Below are positions 30,898 to 43,452 of a stretch of DNA of 64,000 nucleotides, piece by piece. The DNA is taken from the NCBI GenBank assembly GCA_000934665.2, contig JYFJ02000809.1, positions 1-64,000 of the forward strand, read 5' to 3'. The stretch is from Catajapyx aquilonaris (taxonomy: Eukaryota). Positions within the stretch are counted from its first letter, which is position 1. The number at the start of each line of letters is the position of its first letter. A program made the translations under genes and the position numbers. The notes beneath the pieces are model-generated. The model had not been told where the DNA came from, made no database searches, and saw only the letters and a list, made by a program, of their open reading frames with translations.

Positions 30898-33800
30898 TAA
30901 ACCATTAAAATTTTTAACTAAAAATTTTTCCCTCCCCCCTCCTCCTCCCCTCCTCCTCCCCTGGTCATCACTCATCAGTCATCACACAAAAAACACAATG
31001 TCGCACCAAGCATCCTCATGCGCCTTATATACAAGCACGATAAAACCTCTCCTCGTTCTATACTAATCATCCGACTTCCTTTTTTTTTTTTTTTTTCAAA
31101 TCCTTTTTTTAAGCAATCAAATCGATCGAGACTTACATGCTATCAGGGGGGGAGGGGGGGGGGGGGTCAAAGGCTGTATATACTCCTTAGGTACTCCTTA
31201 GCCCAGGTATACTCCTTGAATTTGGTACTCCGGTGAACATTTTACAGTCGAGTGAGTACCCCATAGAAAAAATATGCCAAATAATAGTTAATGTTGTAAA
31301 ATGTTGCAGTCTATTAAGTCACTGCTATACGCCGAACAAATAATATTGTAACCACGATGTTGTCTCTTCCTCCGATTGCCATCTACATATGTCTTCAGAG
31401 GAGTAGTTAGTGAACGACGAGAGTTTTGGCTGGCCACATCTGACAAGGAAATAACCGAAATAATAGTTGACAATATTTATTATATAGTCATTATTTATAA
31501 TAGATATAAATAATAGATATAAATAATAGATACTAAAAATGTGCAAATTTTAGAAGTCCAATTCGCTGGCGCGATCTGGCCCGCTGGCAGTAATTTTCCC
31601 ACCCCAGCCCAGGTATAAAGCTTATAGGCCTATCTACCAGCTGTGTCCTTGTTTTTGGAGACTTGGAAATGGACACCCTACTCTATACGCATTCCTATAA
31701 ATAGTTTCAAACAAGTGAATAGTTAGTACAGTAGTTAGTTAATTAGTAGTCTGCTGAGTGCCCCAGAATCCGGCACAATGGCAGAATCCGGCAAACAAGG
31801 CGATCTTCTACAGTACCGACATTCCAATGATGTACTTGTACAGTAAGCTATAATCATGCTAATGAGACAAGAGTATTGCAATATACTTCACATATGTAGC
31901 AGTTGCAGATAGTAGGCCTACTCAGCAATCAGGCAGGTGCAGAGATAACAGTTACTGTCTCCTCACTTACTGAGAAAGTGGTTGTGCTTCACCAGGATCA
32001 TTCCAAAGCCTTAAATAACAAGCATGATGTGACAAGCATATTTAAATATAATTCTTTATTTGTGGACATTGATATTCTGGTAAGGTTGTGAAGGGACGTC
32101 TTGCGGCTGTGGTGCCTTTGTCCACGCAGCAACTCCTATAAAAGAAGAGAAAACTCACTTTACAGTAGATACATTGCGAGGGCCACACAGGACAACTTTT
32201 TATAGTACTGCTTCCAATTTATTCCAAAGACACGGGGGGCATGAATCAGGTCGATTGCAGTCTCAATAGTATTGTTAAAGAACTCGGGCACGTTTCTTGC
32301 GTATCTTGCTGCAATGTACTGCGAGACTTGCACAACCACCATATCCCTTTCTCTAAAATTATGCACAACCTATTATTACAATTTTAATTAAGTCATTCCA
32401 GTACAATGATGGGTTTAAAAATAGGTGCATGAAATGGCTAATTTAGATACATTATTCTTTGGGACTACATGGTGAATTTCTGTATGAAGCACGCTGAATT
32501 AATTACAAAGTCTATTTGCAGTAACCTCCACGCAATATCAGTCTATTTAACAGGTGGTGGCAGCAACATCACGATGAACTGAAGTTAATATTATACTCCG
32601 AAGTGACTAGCAGCTTCGGTAAAATTTTATTAGCATAATTCTTCCCTTATACGATTTATTTTCGAAGGTTTCCAGGACTTGTGCCAAGATTTCTCTCCAG
32701 TCGTCGTCCCAATCATTCTAGAATTCACAAATAAACTTTTGAACAACGACGGAGACCACAGGACTTTGCTCTCGTCTTTCACTGAGTTGAGTTGACCTTT
32801 CTGCAAAATCTCTTGAACTCAGAAACTGCTTCGGATAATGGCATGTTCCCAGCGTTCCCATGAATCTGGGTGTATTTTTTGAAATTGTCATATTCTGCAC
32901 GTGGTTTTAATCACACACTGGTGACCAGAAATTAAATCTGTCATATAATAACTGGCCTTCCAAAATGTATCGTTGGCATTCCTGTGGAAATTCCATTGAA
33001 TGAAACAATATCGAATTCCTCCCGGTCCAATATTTTTGCCATCCCATCACATATGACTGTATAGTGCAGAATTTATAGCCTCGTACACATCCACAGACCG
33101 GGATCGAATCACAATTCTTACCAGACAGACACCCAGGAATCGTCCACTTTTGTTTTACCCTTCCATTCCTTAGGGTGCACGCTCCTGATTGACGAACGTA
33201 ATCACTGGAGCTATGACCAGGTAATAGCGCAAGTAATGAAGTTCAGAGCGTGTCTGGAGGAGCAAATAGCTTCCTTAATGGTCACACAGAGTCGGTTTGG
33301 AAGCAGGATTTTTCTCTCTCCCCACTTTAACCTTTTTGTCAACCCTCCGTGACAAGAAACGTTTTTCCAACCCCAAAGAAAAGTAATTGGGCTCTGAATG
33401 AATTCCTCCGTGTTCGTGGTGGTGGTTCCCAAGTTCCGCCTGCCCCCCCCCCCTCCTCCCGCAACTCTATTTCAAGCGCTTACTCAACTGCTAAGTGGCA
33501 GGCCCCTCATCTCAAATATATATAAAAAAGTCCCAAAAAAAAGAAGAAGTTGAAAGGTGGCACGACCTACGTCCCGTAAGATCCGTGTGTGTAAGTGTGA
33601 GTGTGATGGTCATCTTGAGTTCATTGCCTCGTGTAGGCCGGGGTCATATTGTGGCAATTTGACTGCCACGACATGACATCCCACAACATCACATTCCAAC
33701 TGTTATATCTGTAGCATATTGGCAATATTAGTTGCTGTTTAACCATGATGTCATATATTATATATGACACTTGTTTATTAGTTTTTAGCTATTGTGTTCT

Positions 33801-36377
33801 GCATTTTTGTATAAAAATGTGTAACGATTTTACAGAAAATTATTCAGGCTCATTTGGGGTAAGCTTCTGGCTTAAATTATTAATTAATAAGCAGTGCATG
33901 GCGGCCATGTTAAGACGGCTGTAATGATAGTGGCGGTCGTGCGTTGCCAGCAATGTAAATAAATCAGGCAGTAAAATGTAATCGCATCCTGTTCGCGGAG
34001 ACTTCAATGCTCATGAAGCCAGAAAAGAGAGACAGAAATGTGGTGAATCACCCTGATGTCCCCGTCCCGGATGTGGAGGCCCAAACCTGGCCCCCAGAAG
34101 AAACCAGCGATGTTGTCATCATCCTTGCGACCCCCGTGTCCGTCGTGTGTGGCCAACAACGGTGCCCAGAAGCTGCTGGACCACCCTCCTACCAACTTGT
34201 CATATTTATCTCTTCGGCATGACCCTTTTTTTTAATTCTTAAAAAAAAAAAAAGCTTCTGGACTTTGCACCATTTTGGTTCAAAATGGCGTCCGGAGTGA
34301 TCAGCTGATCCGGAGGAATTTCAAAGACGCATTGCCCAGGTGACGTATCGATGATGCCCCCCCGGAGGAATAAATATGCGACGGTGGGCGTCTCTTCGAT
34401 GCAGGAAGCCAAAAAGTATGCGTGCCAGCGTCAGCATCTTATCTCGCGGAAACGGCGCCGCTGTCATGGACGGCGCCTCAACGACCGACGCCGCCAAAAT
34501 AAGTTTCTAAACCCGGACGTGGGAAAGGTCTATTGGGGCACAGGGTCGGATTTTTTTTCGCTCTTCTGCGCACTTTAAAGTGATGGCCTCCCCAGGGCGA
34601 ATATAAGGCTTACACTAACTAAAAGAGCAACAGGTGTCAGACGTTATAACAATGTAGCTATACAAGTTCGTCTTTCAATTCGTCGTTTGATGGCGAATTG
34701 TTCATGGGTCGTGTGTGGACTTTCAATAATTCTGTATGATGTGGTGGTTCATTTTTCAATGTACGATCCCGGGTGGGCAAAATTAATTTCGCGGCCTGTA
34801 CGTGTCTGGTGTGGTCCACTCGCTCTGTATGTAATCAGTCTTTGATGTCACGGTGGTCTGCACACGGAATATACGTACACGGTGCTATACTCAGAATTGG
34901 GAATTCAGATGTGCAGTTCTCGGAGTAGGTATTACGTGCCACTATACATTTGTATAGCACAGTCACAGCATAGTATCGTCATGCTTCGTCATTATTTAAG
35001 AGCTCTACTATACGCGGTAAGAAATTATTAGAAACCATCCTTTGAATTCGGTTCTAATTCCTCTCGTCAGAAAGAACTGCGATGGAAACTGGCATTTCCC
35101 GATCCTTTAACGAAATTTCACCGGAGCTTCACAAAGTCCGGCCCGCACATCAGGTGGTCCACTTGTGGTGCAAAGTACGTTTCCCTCAAGCCTCATCGCA
35201 CTTGTCGGCTATTCTGTTTTGGATGAGGCTTTGCCTGTCAGGACCTATTCCGTAGCCTGTCGTCTACAGGATACACGTTTATTCACTTCCCATTTCGAAT
35301 GAAAATCCATGCCAAAAAATAAAAGAGAGGAGAGGGACGCTTATCATATATTCTCTTACATGACCTTTTAGGAGTCCACAAAATATTTCAGGAATTTTGC
35401 CTCAACAACATATTTTGCTGCCAAATTTTTAAATATAACAGACTGTTTTATGACAGTGAAATCGATAATCTTAAAACTCAGATTAGGAATGCCAGCGTAC
35501 AGTATCAAACAGTGGAAAAGGGAAGAAATCGTTTCTCTATATCTTGAAGCTCCACCACACCAGTGCAAACGTTTTTTTAAAAAAAGTCGCGTCTTATTTT
35601 GCAACAGAAAATATGTAACCTTCCCGCAAGCTGTGTATACTAATAGGTATCAAGAGGCACATAGTTTGCCAGCGTGTTTATATCATGTTGATTTACACAT
35701 ATAACGAAAAGCCGCTTTTATATTTGGGTCCTAAGGCAATACGAGAGCAATAAACAAGATCTCCCCGGTTGTTGTGACAAGGAACTAATTATTTATATCT
35801 AAGTATATCCCTCGCAGTGTTATCTTTTCCGTAAAGGAGAATGAAAGCAACAAAACTTAACGCCCCTCCATCTGTAAAACTCATTTTAGGCGAATAAATA
35901 GCCCCCCTTTATAGCCGGTCGTCTCACAAATAACCTTCTGGTACAAATAGCGTGCTAAAATAGCCTTCTGCAACTGGCAAGAAAGTTCCGGACGCGACAT
36001 TAGGTGTGAAAAATGAGCCCCATCCAGCCTCCCCCCCCCCNCCCCCCCCCCCGGACACCACCAGGTACTTTTTGATAGCGATTCGAGAAAGTGCCCATAA
36101 AGGGGCGACGCTATAACGTCGCTATGATTAAAACTATTGAATAGTGCTATAGGAACAATCGGCGCCAGACACATGAAGAATAATGCGAAATAAAAAGCAG
36201 AAGCTGAAGGACCCGCCCCTGCGTACCCAGGTAGCCAATTGTGCTGAAGATTTGTTGATGGGTCGTGTGAGGGATGTGTGGATGGGGAGGTTAGGTGGGT
36301 GGGTTGGGTGCGGGGGTGCACCTGAGCTCGCCTAATTAGTAAAGAGAAGGCCCACCCAGAGCCAGACATACATCGCC

Positions 36378-37971
36378 ATGGATCGGCCGCCAAGTCTCAT
36401 CTTCCTACACTTTCTCTTGCTGCTACTGGCCGAGGGCAACGGGGTCACTGCTCCAGGTATGGTTCACCATGCATGGTCCTAATTTTGAAGCAAAATTTTT
36501 TAGATTCAGACTATTGTCTATACAGGATTTCTTCTCCGGGAGGCTGATTCTGATGTTCCTGATCAGCTGGAGAGTCCTACCAACAACCCTGGTTGTTGTG
36601 TCCGACGTCCCAAGTCGATATCGTTGGGTTTCGGTAGGCAATTTGAGCATAACATGAATGCCTTGGGGATGATTTATTAGGACTGGATTCCTACACAGGG
36701 ACATCTGGAGAAGAAATCAGTGTGGACGTGGGGTCATGCCACCGCAGATGCGGTCCTCTTACCAATTCCCAGAGAGCTCACTTGGAAGCCCTTCTCAAGG
36801 CGGAACCGGACTTGGATCCCATTCAGGTACTAAGGCTCAGTTTTTTTGTGGTGTTTCCCTTTCCCGTGGGGGATTTTAAATAAAGAAAATGCCTCCAGAC
36901 ATCATCTGTCTGAATCTGCCGGGCATATCCGGTGTAATGCCGGTACCTTGTCTTCCACTAACCAAATTGGGATTGTCTGCCGTACTGTATGTGACCGTGT
37001 TATTCGCAGCTGTTTCGTCGATGGCAAGGGAACGACTCTTGTAGTGCCTGCGAAGCCGAGTCTGTACGGGTCGAGAGGAGGCACACTCCTTCTGGGCTGC
37101 ATGAGGTGCAAATAGCGGAGTCATGTGGATGTAAAGAGGCTCCGTTCGACTGCCACCGAGACTCCAGACCAGCACGGTTCTTCCCCGGTACGCCCTTCGA
37201 ACGTACCGTCGATACTGGACAGTGTCGAGGACCATGCTCCAGGACCTTGTGCCAGCCTACCAGAAACACCACTATCAGCATACCTGGACCTAATGGTAAA
37301 GTTATCACCGTCCATCATGTGCGTAGTCATATAATTGCCATTTCTTTGCAGGTGATGTGGCCATACCTGTCATCGAATCGTGCGGGTGTACGGGCAGTTG
37401 CTATAGGGTCAGTTGGTTTGAACATGTGTACGATTATGACGACGACGGGGGAAGGAGTCTCAAGGTAATGCAACTAACAGCAAGAGTAATATGTTCCTTC
37501 GGGAACTTTCACCTATAATGTAGCGGGTCTAAAAGCACTGATGGCTCTAATTTACTTTTTTTAAAGTACTAAGCTCTAAGCTACTTTCATAAAAGGGACA
37601 TTAAGCCAACGCAAGGTGACATAGCCTTTGGCCTAAGATTTTTAAAGTAAAGTGTGGGATAAAAGCAATTACGAACTATACTTTCAGGAAATAGACGTGG
37701 GTCGATGTATGGGAAGTTGCAGAGGAGGCAGAAGCTACAAGTGCGTTGCATGGTAAGCCTCGCTCAATATACTCGCAAAAAATAGGTCCACTCCAATGCC
37801 TTGTTTCCCCCCTTTTTTCCCAGGGATAAAGAGAACCCCGGGAAATGCGTATCGGGACTGTACTCGCGCATTTCTACGTGCGCTCCGTCTCGGTTCCGAG
37901 TCCATTCATATACCGCAGAAGACGGATCAGCCATGGAGATAGTAGCCGTCGCACAATGCAGTTGCCACTAA
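36378..37971 (+). CDS. pnhd: Pinhead: secreted cysteine-rich protein, 7 exons, 308 aa
   Basis: Exons 36378-36456, 36526-36633, 36699-36826, 37010-37295, 37352-37464, 37688-37752, 37824-37971 total 927 nt, all GT-AG and in phase. Signal peptide MDRPPSLIFLHFLLLLLAEG; CCVRRP; three D(V/T)GxCxxxC...CxC modules (VDVGSCHRRC, VDTGQCRGPC, IDVGRCMGSC); FFPGTPFE; lies directly upstream of ADMP. Confidence 0.88.
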
Positions 37972-38851
37972 AGCCTCTTGTGGGCATCAGCCTGATTTTT
38001 CTTCAATCCTGGGAAGCAAATCCTTATGGTGCAACATGTTTGCAGATTATTGCTATATAGTGGGTGGGTATTTTCGTAACTTGTGCTGTGTATTATTCCC
38101 AAATAAATTCGCCATGTTTGTATAAAACCGCCCTTGCTTGATTTAAAGCAAACTCATTTAAAAAATCTGAACTTGTTTGAGTTGGATGGTGTTCCCCTGA
38201 ATCTCGCAGACTGAACCAAAGTGGCGCAAACTCTGACAAAGTAAATGACAGGTGAACCCCCCCCCCACCCNCCCCCCCCGAGTGTCAGCACAAACAAAAT
38301 GTCAACAAACGAGGTCCCCTTCAAGCGTTGGCAGCATCCAACCTGTTTGGAATTTCAAGCATCCCAGGCGCGAGTTACAAATTGGCAGTCTTATGCAGTA
38401 GGCGTGGGGGCCCTCTCTGCTCTGCCTGGACGACCGCCAGCCGCCTCCAAACCGCACAAAAATTATTTCGAAACCAGAAAGTGAGGACCACACACTCAAA
38501 AATTTATTCATTTTCCAAAAAAGGGTAGTGGTTCATGTCACGAGTTTATCCGGAAGATGTATTAAAACAACAAGAAGAAAAGAAGTTTCGACCTTGGAGG
38601 TCGACCTCTCTTCACCAACCCGGACAACAAAATAATGTGGACTGGTTGGCACGCGCGACCTCCAGCACCCTCCTCCACACCATCCTCCTTCCTTCCATCC
38701 TCTTCCCATTTACGCCATTGGCCACATCAGAGCCCATATATCCGACCCCCCACACCTACCACCACGAACCTATATACATTCACACACATGAGTAGGAAAC
38801 CCCCTGTGAATAAGAAGCCAGAGTTTTGGGCGGCGCAGATCGGGTTAGGCC

Positions 38852-41505
38852 ATGCTGCTTCTTCTTCAGCTTCTTCTGGCGGTACTGGCCTCGTCGGAGG
38901 CCAGGGCCAGGCACCATCCGGAGGAACTTAATGACAAGGCGTTGGAGCAACTTTTGCAGGTAATTTATTGATATAGTGTGATGATACGAGTGAAACAAAA
39001 GGGGGCTGCTGACTCGTCATTTGCAAGCTTCACTGCCCTTAATTAGTCAGTATTGGACGTGCGTGGACCGGGGACTGAGTATGCAGAAATAACTGATGGA
39101 GTCTCTTTAATAGACGGCGAAGCAGGATTTTAAGCAGAATTATCGATGCGCCCAGCGTACTGTGCAAGCTGAATATGTGAAATGAACCTGCGGGTCGTTT
39201 TAATTATATAAAAAAACATTTGCATGCTCCGAAGAGCTCCTTCTGCAAATACACACTTAGCCGTTTGCCCTTTTCATGCTAAATGAAAAAATGGCTCTAT
39301 TTTAGAGTAGCTCATTCGTAATATCCGTAGGATGCCCTTTCATAATAACAAGCAGCCTAATATCGAATCTCAAGTGACACTTTAAAAATTAGTTGCACAG
39401 GGACTTTAACCAGTGTTTATTAGTTGCCTAATTTTCGCAACAACCAATAATTGCATGCATTTTAAGTCAATTGGTAGTTTCATATCTTTAATCTACAATT
39501 TTTAACAAAATTTGTACAATTGATACCCCTGATCCTGATTGGAGTAATTTAGTAAATAATGTGCAAGTAAACCTAGTTACTATCGTGCTTGAGCTACAGT
39601 TAAATTCAAAACTAGCCACCATCATCTCTGATCAAGCCTCATCCACCTGATGCAACACATATAAGATATGACGCGATCCAAACTATCCCATCATTAACGA
39701 GACCACCGGAACCTGACCTCCACTTCTGTCTCTCTCCACTATCAAATAACCCTTTGACCGCAGATACGTTTCACGTCCCGACAGGTGTTCGGGCTGCCGG
39801 AGCACATAACCCAGCACCGTCACCAAAGCCCACCCCAATTCATGCTGGACCTGTACAACACGATAGCCGACGAGGACGGGGTGACTCGGGCCAAGAACCC
39901 CTACGGGGCCACGGTCGTCAGAAGCTACATTGAAAGAGGCAAGTGCTCCCTTCCGCCGCACCAATTGTGCTACCCTCCTCATGTGACGATTCCTTCCCAC
40001 GCCGTCCTTCTTACAGACAACGTACACGACAACCACTTTTTCTTCAATCTGTCTGGATTGGAGGAGCACGAGACCATTCTGGAAGCTGAGTTACATCTCT
40101 ACAGATTGAAAGAGGCTCGGCCGTTGCACCACTCTCCAGAAGACTCGCCCTATTACCTAGTACGTATACACTACTGACAATGACGGATACATACAAGTAC
40201 CTCTAATGGACGTTAACGAGTCGTGCCAAATATTCGGCTGAAAATTGCGCTCGGTGTTCTTGCGGTTTTTAAAAATCAATTTTGCAGTTCGTCTCTTGCA
40301 GAACTTCATTAATGTGGGTGCCAGAGCCAGCTGACGGGCATTCGAAGGGGGTTTTTTTTTAAAGTTCCGTGTCTGCCCTGTGTGGTACTTAAAGTTTGGT
40401 GCAAATAGCTTGTGAAGTGGTTCGCACGGCCAATTGTTGGGGGTGTACCGCACAAATTGTAACCTGTGGCTCATGTGTATGATCGCAGTTGCGGGTGTAC
40501 CAAGTACTGGAGGATGCACCCCTGAATGTTCCGGACGCGCATCGCCTCCTTGCGGTACACTACGTCGAGTCCAAGTCACCGGGATGGGAAGTATTCAACG
40601 TGAAGGCGGCCGTGACGGAATGGAGAGAAAGTATCCGACCCAATCTGGGCTTGCTGGTGACTGCCTCGACCTTGTGGGAGAACCAAGTGCAGGTCCGGTT
40701 CGCCAGGCAGAACCACCACCACAACAGCAAGCAGCCCATACTGGTTCTGTTCGATGACGACCAGTACCAGCAGGTGCCTACTACCACACCCGTACCCACA
40801 CTCGATGCCAGACTACGTAAGTGGTGCTTGTCCTCAACTTTCTTTGAACTTCCCGGACTTGACGAATAGTTTTAACGTTCAGGTTCTCGGCCGTACCACC
40901 ATACCCTCCTACGTGAGAGCGAGTGGAACGAGGTTGAGATCGGGGACCGAAAACGTCGGAAGCGCCAGCAATCGTCGGAAGACGAGGAGGAAACGACGGA
41001 CACACCCACTGTCATCCCTCCTCCTACTAATGCCACCACCACCACAACCACTACCACCGAGGAACCTCAGAGGTCTGAAGAATGCACCAGGCACGACATG
41101 CAGGTTAGCACACTCTGACGCTCCAACGTCCCCAATACAGGTCGCTGATTAGCTAAAGGCGACATCATGGTTTTAAATGCATTTGTGACACCTTCCTCCA
41201 ATTTGTTTCCCTGCCAGGTGAGCTTCGAGTCTATCGGATGGGAGTGGATCATAGCCCCGCGCGGCTACAACGCGTTCGAGTGCCGCGGTTCCTGCAACTT
41301 CCCATTGGGCCAGCAAAGTCGGCCGACCAACCACGCCACGGTGCAGAGCATCGTGCACGAGCTGCGTCTTCATTCTCTAGTGCGTCTCCCATGCTGCGTG
41401 CCGCATAAACTACTCTCCTTGTCCTTGCTCTACTATGATGAGCACAACAATGTCGTGCTTAAGCAGTACGAAGACATGGTGGCCGACTCTTGTGCTTGCC
41501 ATTGA
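38852..41505 (+). CDS. admp: Anti-dorsalizing morphogenetic protein (BMP/TGF-beta family), 6 exons, 413 aa
   Basis: Exons 38852-38959, 39785-39938, 40017-40159, 40489-40816, 40883-41103, 41218-41505. Signal peptide; prodomain PPQFMLDLYNTIADEDGVT; furin site RKRRKR; 7-Cys domain with ADMP-type FPLGQQSRPTNHATVQSIV and NVVLKQYEDMVADSCACH. Confidence 0.92.
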
Positions 41506-43452
41506 TGTGATTCCAACTCGGATGATTATGATGTTGTCACTCTATTGTTATTAATGTAGACTCCACGCATGGTACACGCGGAGGATGAGTGCTGCTGGGA
41601 GACCAATAGAGACGCCAAACGATGCCTTTGTGTGTCTTGATTCGACGCCGCTTCAAGACCAGATTACTCAACGTGGTGTCTCCATTCTTGTACTCTGCAA
41701 GCGTATCAATGAAGTTTTATTTACAGCCCCGGTGTATTTTTTTGACCATTATTGTAATAGCCTTGTGGTGTATAACGGTATGAAGCTATTCATGTAAACA
41801 GCTAGGCATCAATAATATTCTTGAACGTGTCAAGCGGCATACTTGCGTGCATGGTGTGTATCTACGCAGTTTTTCATATTAATGGGCCCATCACGACGGT
41901 TGGCGGTTCACCATAATGAAGTTTTGAACATTTTTGGCGTACGAAATTTACGATGATATTGTGCTCGGTAAACATTCCTGAATCCGCTGCATTCGCTATA
42001 GTTTTCAGCTCAGCCCGTACACCCACGCACCGTAATAACATTACTCCAAGCAATGTGCCTGTACTGTACAACGTTAAAAAAAAAATTAAGCCTCTCACGT
42101 GGGATATTCTATTCGATAATTTTCTCCTAACTTTTGGACTGGAGGTGTGTTTCGAATAATGGGATTACCTGAAACCCAATAATCTGTTCACTCAGTGTAA
42201 CATGAACGCACTTTTATCAGGCCCATCATTCTTGCAAGTAAAAGTTAAGGAACATTATGCAGTAACTTGATATATCGCGTTACTATGACAAAACCAGCTA
42301 ATTCCGACAATATTTTTTCTGATTAAAAAGTGCTGCTTACTTTATAGCTTTAGCATGCCGGGTGCGAATCTGTTTTGTTTCAATTTTCTACCTCCTAATT
42401 GGATACTTTGAGCTTGTGAAAGTGGTGTTTTTTCCAGACAAGGTAAAGATCCTGCAGTCAACACAAAATTCTTCCTCTCCATGAAGATGAAACAACTTGA
42501 CATTACAACTGATGACGATAACGGCACGATAGTAGTATGAAGAAACACATTGTACAGTATAAGTGGAATGAATTATTAGGCCACTTTTACTTTCAAGAAG
42601 AAGGTTGTAGGTTGTGTCACTCATAAAAATTACATTAATTTCATTAATTACATTAATGTTGCATAATAAGAGAATATCTTGTTGCACTCTGCTCTTAGGC
42701 TGGGGGTTCTCTATACTGAGGTTACCAGTATATGTGAATGAAGAATAGTAAATCATCAAGAACAAGTGGATTATCATTTTTGTTAATATTGTTGGTAACA
42801 ATAACAAACAATTAATAAGTATAGGCTCAACCACTTGTTCAGGATTTGCTATCAATCACACACCCCACCTTACGACACGTATTATTGTTTTACAAGTTTC
42901 CGAGGCATGGGTCATCTTCCCAGCTAACATTATTGTTGCATCGGATACATAGAGACACTCTTAATTGCTGCCCTCTATTATGCAAATGGTAAGTCATTTT
43001 TATTAATTGTTACTGTTCGTCTCTAGGTTGCACCATTCAATTGACGATATATTATTCGTCATTATTATTAATTGTTACCAACAATAAATAACAAGGACAA
43101 ATCTCACTTTGGGAGTCTGGTGCAGATCCTGACTCCGAGTGTTTTTTTACAGAGAAAATATCCTAGGAAAATAACATACTCGCCTGTTGATGAAACATCT
43201 GCTGATTATCCTTGCAGCCAAAATAAAGAATCGCTGCAAGTTCAGCTAGGTATGTTAACTAATATAGCTATTGTAAAATATTAAAAAACACTATTATCAT
43301 GATATTTCAGCACCGAATGACGCACAATAGCGATATCACCACAAAGCTAACCTGAAATAATGGGGCTCATTGTCATTGAAGTAAATGAAACACCCATCAC
43401 CAGGTAACAGCATGTGAAATGTATTCCGTTACAAGATGACGGAGAACACAAT

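Noticed and set aside
34007..34578. Short + strand ORFs upstream of Pinhead
   Set aside because: No recognisable homology or exon chain; better explained as a GC-rich non-coding island.
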